Source of the DNA: Actinomycetota bacterium
GTDB taxonomy: Bacteria; Actinomycetota; Acidimicrobiia; Acidimicrobiales; RAAP-2
Reading direction: 5' to 3'
Length of the DNA: 64,000 nt
NCBI GenBank assembly: GCA_029850535.1
Contig: JARCRU010000133.1
Span: forward strand, 25,925-89,924
Both the position numbers and the translations under genes were made by a program. The notes beneath the pieces were generated by a model. It had not been told where the DNA came from and made no database searches. It saw nothing but the letters and a program-made list of their open reading frames with translations. Below are positions 8,676 through 16,952 of this stretch, one piece after another (the first letter of the stretch is position 1; the number at the start of each line of letters is the position of its first letter).

Positions 8676-10503
8676 GGTACGCCTCCACTACTTCTTGCTT
8701 CTGACGAAGTTCCGACATGGTGCCTTGAGCCAGGACTTTGCCCTCGGCGAGAACGATCACCGGATCGCAGAACGCGTCCATGATCGAGAGTTCGTGTTCG
8801 ACCATCACGATGGTCATACCACCGCGGCACAGGTTGGTCAACTGGTCACCGATCCGGTGCGCCAGATTCGGATGCACGCCGGCCATGGGCTCGTCCAATA
8901 ATAAAATCTTGGGCTCGGCGAGCAGTGCTCGCATAATCTCGACCAGTCGGCGCTGCCCACCCGAGAGTCCGCCGGCGTAGGAGTCGGCGTACTGGGTCAG
9001 ACCGAATCCCTCGAGCAGTTCCTGAGCGCGCTCGATGTTCGCGCGGTCTTCCGCTCCCCAGTAGCGCTTACCGCGCATCGAGCCCACGAAAGTGTCCCCC
9101 GACTGGCGCGGGATGGCGCTGACGAGATTCTCGAGCACGGTGAGCTTCTTGAACTCACTCGCCAACTGGAAGGTTCGCACGATACCATTCAGGGCACGCT
9201 TGTTCGAGGGCATCGACGTAATGTCCTGGCCCTCGTAGAAGATCTGCCCCGACGAGGGAGGCAAGGTCCCCGCCAGCATCGCCAGCGTGGTGGATTTACC
9301 GGCGCCGTTAGGGCCAATCATGCCCGTCAGTCGACCTTGTTGGATGTCGATCGAGACGTCGGAGACGACGGTCACGCCATTGAAGACCTTGGTCAATCCC
9401 TTCGTCGAGAAGATCACGTGGTGATCATTGCCCGTCGGCTCGAGGTGCAACAACTTGTGCAGGTCGAGCTTGTGCAGGTCCCCGATCTTGATCAGGGCGT
9501 CGGATTCGTCGTCGGCCGCGGTCGGTACCGGCGCCGGCGCGTTCTTGTTGCCACTCAGGATCTGGCGCCTCTCGGGCAAGATGCCGTCGGGTCGGAACCA
9601 CAAGAACAAGACGATGAGTAGACCTATTGCCACCCACTCGAGAGCGGGCACCAGTGCAGGGTTGCCCACCGGGGGCAAGTAGCGAGTGACCTCCTCGAAG
9701 CCCACCGGCACCAGAATTGCGCCGAGCACGGCGCCCTTGTGGTTGCCGGCACCGCCGATGATGATGGCGGCGAACAGGACAATGGTTTCGGCATACCCCC
9801 AGGCACCGGGCGCCCACAAGGTGATGAACTCAACCAGAATGGCCCCCGAGAGCCCCGCGATCATGCCACCCACGACCAACACGCTCATGCGCTGCATGCG
9901 CAGGTCCTTGCCGAGAGAGTCGGCCACGATGTCGTTGTCGCGCATCGCACGCAATGAACGACCGTAGGGCGACTCGGTGATGCGCTTGACGAGGAAGTAG
10001 GCGCCCACGGTGAGGATGACGGCGACGAGTCCATAGGCGAATTGGTAGCTCAGACCCTGGGGATTGAAGTGACTCTGGAACGGGGCGGGCACCAGTGAGA
10101 TTCCCGCGGCGCCGTTAAAGAGGGGCACGTAGTTGGTCGCCAACAAGTTGAGCAGGACCGCCGACACCAAGAGTCCCACCGCGGCGAAGTCGCCGCGCAG
10201 ACGCTTACCCACGATGAAGACGAAGGGCAACGCGAGCAGACCGCCCGCCAGAGCCGCCCCGATCCAGGGGAACGGCCACGGTAGGTGCCAACCCAATATG
10301 TACTTCTGAAACCCACCGTTGGAGGTGGAGGCGTTGGGCATCGAGAGAACGGCGGCGACGTAGGCACCCACCGACTGGAAAATAATGAAGCCGAAATTCG
10401 AGACGCCGGCCACGCCGAACTGCAGGCTGAGCCCCAAACACGCCATGGCGTCGACTGACGCGTACACCAGGATGATTGCTATGTAGTAGCCGTAGCTGGA
10501 CAT
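8665..10503 (-). CDS. Fused ABC permease (LivM-like) and ATPase (LivG-like)
   Basis: N-terminal TM domain with SPYGRSLRAMRDN; C-terminal GPNGAGKST, LSGGQRRLVE, LDEPMAGV, VEH. Start placed at MSSYGYY (10503), abutting the livH stop. Confidence 0.88.
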   Translation of the reverse strand: MSSYGYYIAIILVYASVDAMACLGLSLQFGVAGVSNFGFIIFQSVGAYVAAVLSMPNASTSNGGFQKYILGWHLPWPFPWIGAALAGGLLALPFVFIVGKRLRGDFAAVGLLVSAVLLNLLATNYVPLFNGAAGISLVPAPFQSHFNPQGLSYQFAYGLVAVILTVGAYFLVKRITESPYGRSLRAMRDNDIVADSLGKDLRMQRMSVLVVGGMIAGLSGAILVEFITLWAPGAWGYAETIVLFAAIIIGGAGNHKGAVLGAILVPVGFEEVTRYLPPVGNPALVPALEWVAIGLLIVLFLWFRPDGILPERRQILSGNKNAPAPVPTAADDESDALIKIGDLHKLDLHKLLHLEPTGNDHHVIFSTKGLTKVFNGVTVVSDVSIDIQQGRLTGMIGPNGAGKSTTLAMLAGTLPPSSGQIFYEGQDITSMPSNKRALNGIVRTFQLASEFKKLTVLENLVSAIPRQSGDTFVGSMRGKRYWGAEDRANIERAQELLEGFGLTQYADSYAGGLSGGQRRLVEIMRALLAEPKILLLDEPMAGVHPNLAHRIGDQLTNLCRGGMTIVMVEHELSIMDAFCDPVIVLAEGKVLAQGTMSELRQKQEVVEAYLVG

Positions 10504-11375
10504 TAGTTCGTCTTCTCGCTTCCGAAGATTCCAAAGGGGCGGAACATCAACATCACAATCAGGGCAATGAACGCGATCACGTCCTTGTAGTCCGGATTGA
10601 TGTAGGCGGCACTGACTTCGGTCGCGAGACCGATGGTGAGCGCACCGAACATGGCACCGTAGGGCTCGCCCGGGCCGCCCAGGAACATCGCCGCGAGGAG
10701 CAGCACGATATAGAGCTGAGCACTCGTGGCCTCGAAGACGCCCGCGTTCATAGCGAAGACCGTGCCCGCCAATCCGCACAGGGCACCGGAGATGAGCCAG
10801 GTGGTCGAAATGATGAACTGCGTCTTGATCCCAGAATTGCGGGCCAAGTTCTTATTGGCCGAGGTGGCCCGCATGGCCTTACCGAGGCGCGTGTACTTGA
10901 GCAGCCCATGCACACCCACTAGCACCGCGACGCAGATTCCCATCACGATGAGCTGAAGGCTCGACAGTAACAGCCCGGCGAAGTGATACTCCCGGCCCTG
11001 ATTCTGGGTGAAGGAGACGTAACCGCCCCCGACGATCGCCTGAAGTCCGAAGGTTCCGATCAAGTCGATGCCCAACGAAACAATGACCACCGTGATCGGC
11101 GCGAGATTGCGCTTCTGGAACGGCGTGTAGACGAACCGATTGAGGAGCCAGGAGGCAATGGCCCCGGTGAGGACACCCCCGACGAGCGCGACCCAGGCGT
11201 TGACGCCGTGCTCGTTGACGTAGTAGGTCACGAACGCGCTGTTGATCATGATGGACCCGTACGCCAGGTTCAACACGTTGGTGACCGCGAACTGCATGGT
11301 GAAGCCGACCGTGGCGATCGCGAGAACCGCCGCCGATATCAGGCCGAACCCGAATGATGACATGAAGACACTCAA
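10503..11375 (-). CDS. livH: Branched-chain amino-acid-type ABC permease (LivH-like)
   Basis: VLNLAYGS, TRLGKAMRATSAN, GALCGLAG, FRPFGIFG. Confidence 0.9.
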   Translation of the reverse strand: MSVFMSSFGFGLISAAVLAIATVGFTMQFAVTNVLNLAYGSIMINSAFVTYYVNEHGVNAWVALVGGVLTGAIASWLLNRFVYTPFQKRNLAPITVVIVSLGIDLIGTFGLQAIVGGGYVSFTQNQGREYHFAGLLLSSLQLIVMGICVAVLVGVHGLLKYTRLGKAMRATSANKNLARNSGIKTQFIISTTWLISGALCGLAGTVFAMNAGVFEATSAQLYIVLLLAAMFLGGPGEPYGAMFGALTIGLATEVSAAYINPDYKDVIAFIALIVMLMFRPFGIFGSEKTN

Positions 11376-11479
11376 GGAGAATCAATGTTCCTTTACGAAT
11401 CGAGAGTTATTCCTATGAACCAGTGCTGCGACAAGGAACGTCGAACTTGAAACCCACGCGGACTGGCGCCTTAGCGACG

Positions 11480-11517
11480 CGACGCCCACGACAACGTCGT
11501 TGTTGTCGTGGGCGTCG
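11480..11517 (-). terminator. Strong stem-loop directly downstream of the solute-binding protein gene (terminator/attenuator or mRNA stabiliser)
   Basis: Perfect 16-bp arms cgacgcccacgacaac / gttgtcgtgggcgtcg with 6-nt loop. Confidence 0.7.
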
Positions 11518-11527
11518 TCGCCCCCTA

Positions 11528-12886
11528 CTAGAACGCCTTCAGGCTATTGAGGAGTGCTGGGTTCAAGGTGCCCGCGTTCACCGTGGTGCCCGCCGCCGTG
11601 TAGTGCATGTCCTCGAAGGCTCCGAACGAGGTGTGGAACGCATCGAAGTGATACGTGCCGCCCACACCCAGGTACTGAATCTTCTTGTGGGCCTTGAGCG
11701 CCGCCAAGCCGGCTGCGAAGGACGACACCACCTTGGCACCCGGCGCACCGGCCGTGATCGCCAAAATGTCGTTCTTGTAGACCGAGCCCGATGTCGAACC
11801 CGACATCACCATCGCCAGCGACGCGATGTTGATCGCGTCGTAGAGGTGGACCATGCCGGGCGCCTGCAGGAGTGTCGCCACGTTGCCGATTCCCTTGACT
11901 TTGCCCTTCTGCGCCAAGACCAACTTGGAGAACAGCGGGTACGCCGGCGTGTTACCGGTAGAAACCTGATTGTCCGCGTCGAAGTTCTTGATGAAGTTCT
12001 GGGTGCCCACGGCCTTGGTGATGCCCGCGAAGAACGTCGGGTCGATCATCGCCGAGGTGCCAATGATTGGAATCATCTTTTTACCGTTGAGCTGGTAGAC
12101 CTCGCTCAACAGCGCCACGCCGGCCGCGCCCAGAGCCTCCATCATGATGACCTGAGGCTTGGCCGCGACGATGGCCTGAGCTTCGGACTGGAACGTGGTG
12201 GCGTTAATGTCGAGCGTCTGGTTCGAGACGATCTTCATGTTGCCGGCCTTGGCGATCGCCGCCTCGGCGGGAGCCACGAAGGTCTGCGAGCCTGCGTCGT
12301 TACCGAAAGCCAACGCGATCTTCTTGTACCCCTTGTTCTTCGCGATCGCGACCATCGCCACCGCGTCAGCGGCGTCCGGGGGCACGAGACGGAAGAAATA
12401 CGGGAACTTGACCGCGTCGAACTCCGACTCGCCGGTCATGCAGAACGACACTGTCTTGTTCGAACCGAAGACCGGTACGACCGTCGAGGCCTCGTCCGAA
12501 GTGCAGCCAATGACGAACGCGATGTTCTTGGTAGTCGCGTACATCTGACCCACGGCGGGAACTGCGTCGGCGGGGTCACCACGGGTGTCCACCGTCTTGC
12601 AGTTGATCTGGTGGCCGAGCACCCCACCCACCAGGTTGATCTCCTGAGTCGCGGCAAGACACGCGGTCTCGTAGATCGGTCCGAGCGCGGCGTCGACTCC
12701 GGTGAACGGCGCGACGACCGGAATCGTCAAAGCCACTCCGGACGAGTGCGGTTGCGCGCTAGCGTGCGCCGTTCCCGGCAGTCCGACCGTGGCGCCAATG
12801 AGAGCCACTACGGCCACCAACAGCGTCAGCCTCTTGCGCATTCGCACGGCCGGAGAACCCGACCACGTCAAAGTCTTTCCATTCAT
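11528..12886 (-). CDS. ABC transporter solute-binding protein, LivJ/K (type I periplasmic) family
   Basis: VVAPFTG..A..EINLVGGVLG, VDTRGDP, FFRLVPPD, YDAINIASLA; AGGGGGG RBS before MNGKTL; signal peptide. Confidence 0.85.
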   Translation of the reverse strand: MNGKTLTWSGSPAVRMRKRLTLLVAVVALIGATVGLPGTAHASAQPHSSGVALTIPVVAPFTGVDAALGPIYETACLAATQEINLVGGVLGHQINCKTVDTRGDPADAVPAVGQMYATTKNIAFVIGCTSDEASTVVPVFGSNKTVSFCMTGESEFDAVKFPYFFRLVPPDAADAVAMVAIAKNKGYKKIALAFGNDAGSQTFVAPAEAAIAKAGNMKIVSNQTLDINATTFQSEAQAIVAAKPQVIMMEALGAAGVALLSEVYQLNGKKMIPIIGTSAMIDPTFFAGITKAVGTQNFIKNFDADNQVSTGNTPAYPLFSKLVLAQKGKVKGIGNVATLLQAPGMVHLYDAINIASLAMVMSGSTSGSVYKNDILAITAGAPGAKVVSSFAAGLAALKAHKKIQYLGVGGTYHFDAFHTSFGAFEDMHYTAAGTTVNAGTLNPALLNSLKAF

Positions 12887-12933
12887 GTATTCCCCCCTAG
12901 TTGTTTTGGTACTACTCACTGCACACAGCAGAC

Positions 12934-13839
12934 TTAGAACGTCGACGTGTCCGCCTTCAACGGCATCCACGGCCAGTCCTCAGGAGCTCCCTCCTCAGCG
13001 ACGATTTTGTTCGAGATGGCTCCTACCCCTTCGATGACCACCTCGATGGTGTCGCCCGGGTTAAGCCACACCGGCGGCGTGCGCGCGAAGCCCACACCCC
13101 CCGGCGTCCCACTCGCGATCACGTCGCCCGGACGTAACGTGGTGAACGAAGAGAAGTACTCGACGGCCCGCTGGACGCTGACGATCATGTCCGACGTGCG
13201 CGCGTCCTGCATCACCGTGCCGTTGAGGATAGAGCGGATAGCCACGTCGTTGACGTTGACCTCATCATTGGTCACCAATTCGGGTCCGATGGGCATGGTC
13301 CCCTCGAAGTTCTTGCCCGGCGTCCACTGCGTGGCGGCGCGCTGCCACTCGCGTGCGGAGCCGTCGTTCATCACCGAGTAGCCCAGAATCGCGTCGAAGG
13401 CGTTCTCGGCCTTGATGTAGCGGCCGCCCTTACCAATGATGATGGCGAGTTCGGCTTCGTAGTCCATCCGCACGCTCAAGGCGGGCTTGACGAAGTCGTC
13501 GAAGGCCCCAATGACGCTGCCCGCACCGCGCACGAATGACTCGGGCCAGGTCGGCACCGCTCGTCCACCCTCGATCGCGTGGTCGGCGTAGTTCACCCCG
13601 AGGCACAGGATGCGCGGAGGGTTCGGCGTGAGCGGCCCGAAATCGGTGCCCTCGTACTGCTGTCCCGCGAGTGACGTGACAGCGCGCGCGGCGTCGAGCG
13701 CGGCGTCGCCACCCTCGGCCAGACCGTTCAACGTCGCGAGCGACTCGTCGCCCGTCGCATCGGCGAGGTCCACGTACCCCTCACTGCCCTTGACGTGGAG
13801 TCGTAGGCCTCGCGAGGTCCTGATCGTCGCAAACCTCAT
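12934..13839 (-). CDS. Fumarylacetoacetate hydrolase family protein
   Basis: ILCLGVNYADH, DYEAELA, YSVMNDGSAREWQ, GKNFEGTMPIGP, GDVIASGTPGGVG. Confidence 0.92.
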   Translation of the reverse strand: MRFATIRTSRGLRLHVKGSEGYVDLADATGDESLATLNGLAEGGDAALDAARAVTSLAGQQYEGTDFGPLTPNPPRILCLGVNYADHAIEGGRAVPTWPESFVRGAGSVIGAFDDFVKPALSVRMDYEAELAIIIGKGGRYIKAENAFDAILGYSVMNDGSAREWQRAATQWTPGKNFEGTMPIGPELVTNDEVNVNDVAIRSILNGTVMQDARTSDMIVSVQRAVEYFSSFTTLRPGDVIASGTPGGVGFARTPPVWLNPGDTIEVVIEGVGAISNKIVAEEGAPEDWPWMPLKADTSTF

Positions 13840-13855
13840 TGGTTCCCCCCTGAAT

Positions 13856-13880
13856 ATTCAACCAAATTGGTTGAATTGGT
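13856..13880. promoter_or_regulatory. Candidate FadR/GntR operator, site 1
   Basis: Perfect palindrome ATTCAACCAA-A-TTGGTTGAAT (13856-13876) containing ATTGGT-N3-ATTGGT (13866-13880). Confidence 0.7.
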
Positions 13881-13897
13881 CCTAACTACTTTCGCGA

Positions 13898-13926
13898 ACT
13901 ATAAGACGTATCGCAGGGATTGTCAA
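13898..13926 (-). promoter_or_regulatory. Near-consensus primary-sigma promoter for the FAH-ABC operon
   Basis: TTGACA (13926-13921), N17, TATAGT (13903-13898) on the minus strand. Confidence 0.8.
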
Positions 13927-13972
13927 ACACATCGCAAGAAAATTTTTGGATATTTCGTAATGTATTCGTCAT

Positions 13973-13996
13973 ATTGGTAGGATTGGTTGATATAGT
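13973..13996 (+). promoter_or_regulatory. Candidate FadR/GntR operator site 2 and -10 of the regulator gene
   Basis: ATTGGT-agg-ATTGGT (13973-13987) followed by TATAGT (13991-13996). Confidence 0.6.
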
Positions 13997-14063
13997 GTCC
14001 CAATTACGCACCATTTCCACGGTGCGCGCCACGAGTGATTCATAACTTCACGGGAGGAAGACC

Positions 14064-14771
14064 ATGACGACGGTGTCCAACGTTCAGATGCGCGGTGTGG
14101 CCGACGACATCTTGATGTCCGCCACACACACGGGACTGCGCAGTGGCCACCGTCTCCCCACGGAACGTGATCTCGCCCAGGCCCTCAAACTCTCGCGTAC
14201 CACGATACGCAACGCCATGGCCCTCCTCGAAAGCGAAGGAGTGGTGTCGCGTGAGGTCGGTCGCGGCACGTTCCTGCGACGCGACCCTGACGTGGTGCTG
14301 GGCGTCGAGGTGAGGCACTCGCCCGCTCATTCGGTGGTGGGTAACGTCAGTCCGGCCGACGTGATGAACGCGCGTCTGCTGATCGAACCCGCGGCCCTCG
14401 CCGCCACCGTCGAGAACGCCACGGCGAGTGACTTCGACGAAATCAACCGCTGCCTCGCCGGTGGGGACAACGCCGCCGACTTTGAGGAATTCGAACGCTG
14501 GGATCTTGCGCTGCACCAAGCCTTCGTGCACGCGTCGCACAACCCCCTGATCGAAAACATGTACCACTTCATCGCCGAGGCGAGGCTCTCGGTGACGTGG
14601 GGCAGCTTGAAGCGTCGCAGCGACTCGCCCGAACGTCGCGACTTCTACCGTCAACAGCACCGCGAGATCGCCCAAGCGCTCGCCAATCGTGACGGTCGCG
14701 CCGCGCGTGAAGCGATGTTACGTCACCTCGGCGCGGTGGAGTCCAACCTGCAGCGGGCCGCGCAGAGCTAG
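14064..14771 (+). CDS. GntR family (FadR subfamily, FCD domain) transcriptional regulator
   Basis: RLPTERDLAQALKLSRTTIRNAM..GRGTF wHTH; DLALHQAFVHASHNPL FCD domain. Confidence 0.92.
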   Translation: MTTVSNVQMRGVADDILMSATHTGLRSGHRLPTERDLAQALKLSRTTIRNAMALLESEGVVSREVGRGTFLRRDPDVVLGVEVRHSPAHSVVGNVSPADVMNARLLIEPAALAATVENATASDFDEINRCLAGGDNAADFEEFERWDLALHQAFVHASHNPLIENMYHFIAEARLSVTWGSLKRRSDSPERRDFYRQQHREIAQALANRDGRAAREAMLRHLGAVESNLQRAAQS

Positions 14772-15796
14772 AGGTGTGCGCCGAGATAGATCGAGTCGCG
14801 CACGTGCACGAAGTGCTCCACGGCGTGACTGCGGTGCACTGACGCCGCGAGCGACAACGTGAGGGCGACGCGGGCCTTGCGGGCGTCAAGGACGCCGCCC
14901 GAGATCAACCCTCGCGACAAGAGATCGCTCTCGGAGCCAACGAAACCGTAGGTGTGCTCGTGCACCTCGCCCGCGCCCGTGCGCGAGCACAAGACGACGG
15001 GCATCTGCTTCACCAGGGACTCGAGGAGGGGCACCATGGCCCCCGGCACGTGTCCCGCGCCGAAACCGTCGATGATCGCGCCGCGGTAACCCGACGAATC
15101 GAGCGTCGAGAGAGCTCGCCCGTCGTCACCCAGGGCACAGGTCACGAGGGCGACGGGGGGTGTCTCGCGAAGAACGTCGAGTGCGATGTGGGCCAGAGGA
15201 GTGGGCCGCAGCACCACGCGCACCCGCTCCTCCGCCACCCAGCCCAGGGGACCGCCCGTGTTCGATTGGAACGTGTCGAGGCTCGAGCTGTGCGACTTGC
15301 GCACGAATCGCGCGGCGTGCACCTCGTCATTCATCACCACCACGCACCCCAGTCCTCGGCTGAGCGGCGACGCGGCCACCTTCACCGCCGCGAGGACGTT
15401 ACCCGGCCCGTCGGAACTCGCCAGCGTGGGATTGCGCATCGCGCCGGTAACGACGACCGGCACCGGCAGTTCGAGCAGAACGTCGAGGGCGAAGGAGGTC
15501 TCCTCGATCGTGTCGGTTCCCTGGGTCACCACGACGCCATCGAGGCCACCCTCGACGCGTTGCTTGATCGTTGAAGCCAGCGCGACCACGTCAGCCAGGG
15601 TGAGGTCCCCCGAGGGCAACTGTCGAAATGACAACGTCTCGACGTCGGCCACGTCACGAAGCCCCGGTATCGCGTCCACGAGGTCAGAGGCGGTGAGTTG
15701 CGGCACCACCCCCTGCGCGCCGTGAGAGTTCGTGGAGGCAATCGTGCCTCCCAGAGAGACGACGAGGACCCGGGCCCGCGAAATTGAAGTGTTCAT
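14768..15796 (-). CDS. Asparaginase/glutaminase family amidohydrolase
   Basis: SLGGTIAS, VVTQGTDTIEET, VTGAMRNP, FGAGHVP, SRTGAG; start MNTSIS with GGGGG RBS. Confidence 0.9.
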   Translation of the reverse strand: MNTSISRARVLVVSLGGTIASTNSHGAQGVVPQLTASDLVDAIPGLRDVADVETLSFRQLPSGDLTLADVVALASTIKQRVEGGLDGVVVTQGTDTIEETSFALDVLLELPVPVVVTGAMRNPTLASSDGPGNVLAAVKVAASPLSRGLGCVVVMNDEVHAARFVRKSHSSSLDTFQSNTGGPLGWVAEERVRVVLRPTPLAHIALDVLRETPPVALVTCALGDDGRALSTLDSSGYRGAIIDGFGAGHVPGAMVPLLESLVKQMPVVLCSRTGAGEVHEHTYGFVGSESDLLSRGLISGGVLDARKARVALTLSLAASVHRSHAVEHFVHVRDSIYLGAHL

Positions 15797-15933
15797 CACA
15801 TATCCCCCACGGCACTTCACACTAGATGCGCCGCGGGGGGCGAGAGTCCCTGGGCTACTATCGCAATCACTACCGCCTGGCGTCGCGCGACGCGTCATCG
15901 CACGATCACTCCTCCAGGCGAGGAGGGAGCGTC

Positions 15934-16611
15934 GTGGCTGTCGTCGATCGCACCACCGAGCGCGCTGACCCGTCGCACGTCCTCACGCTGTCGACCTTCG
16001 GCGTCGCGACCATCCACGAAGCCCAGGACCGCACCGGGCTCTTGGCGTCTCGTCTGCGACCGCTCTCTCACGGCACCCGCGTCGCGGGTACCGCTCTGAC
16101 CTGTGAGGTGACGCCGGGTGACAATTCCTCGATCCACCTGGCCGGTGACGTGGCGCGCCGTGGCGACTTCTTGATCGTCTCACCCACGAGCGCGTGCGAC
16201 GACGGTTACTTCGGCGAGCTGCTGGCGACGCACATGGTGGCGCGCGGGGTCGTGGGCCTGGTCATCGACGCCGGCGTGCGCGACGTCGCCGATCTGCGCG
16301 AGATGGGTTTTCCGGTGTGGTCGAGCGCCATCAGTGCACGTGGCACGGTCAAGGAGACCCCGGGCAACGTCCAGGTCCCCCTCGTTTGCGCCGGAGTCGC
16401 CATCGCGCCGGGTGACGTCGTCGTCGCCGACGACGACGGTGTGGTGGTCGTGGCGCGCGAAGACGCGCTCGACGTCATCGCCGAATGCCGACTTCGCGAG
16501 GCCAAGGAATCCGCCTACCGCAAGGCCCTCGCCGCCGGCGAGGGCACCCTCGACTTGTTCGGCCTGCGCCAGAAGTTCCTCGACGCGGGACTGCGCGACA
16601 TCGTCGAGTAG
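15934..16611 (+). CDS. RraA/HMG aldolase family (LigK-like 4-carboxy-4-hydroxy-2-oxoadipate aldolase/oxaloacetate decarboxylase)
   Basis: GVATIHEAQ, GDNSSIH, GYFGELLA, IDAGVRD, PGDVVVADDDGVVVV; AGGAGG RBS before GTG 15934. Confidence 0.85.
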   Translation: MAVVDRTTERADPSHVLTLSTFGVATIHEAQDRTGLLASRLRPLSHGTRVAGTALTCEVTPGDNSSIHLAGDVARRGDFLIVSPTSACDDGYFGELLATHMVARGVVGLVIDAGVRDVADLREMGFPVWSSAISARGTVKETPGNVQVPLVCAGVAIAPGDVVVADDDGVVVVAREDALDVIAECRLREAKESAYRKALAAGEGTLDLFGLRQKFLDAGLRDIVE

Positions 16612-16670
16612 CCGGTGTCGCGTCGCCCGGCGAAGCCGTTAGCGTGAAGTACGAGCACTCCAGGAGGACG

Positions 16671-16952
16671 ATGAACGATCGAACGAGCATCGAAGAATCC
16701 ATTTCTGACGAGGAGCTCACTCGCCTCGCCCTCAGCGCTGACCGCTATCCCGTCATTGACGCGAACACGATGCCGTGGCGGCCCGGTGGCGACGCCGTGA
16801 CGGGACTCCTGCCCGATTGGTACATGCCCGCGCCCTCGGGACGACGCCGTGGCAGGGGCGCCCAGGTGGCCATAGGGGTCATCATCGCGAGTTTCGTGAT
16901 CATCAACGCGCTGGGGTTGTGCATCACCTACGGGTTCTTGACTCTGGCCTAA
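16671..16952 (+). CDS. Small hypothetical membrane protein (93 aa)
   Basis: AGGAGG RBS; MNDRTS...LLPDWYMP...; hydrophobic C-terminal helix. Confidence 0.65.
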   Translation: MNDRTSIEESISDEELTRLALSADRYPVIDANTMPWRPGGDAVTGLLPDWYMPAPSGRRRGRGAQVAIGVIIASFVIINALGLCITYGFLTLA

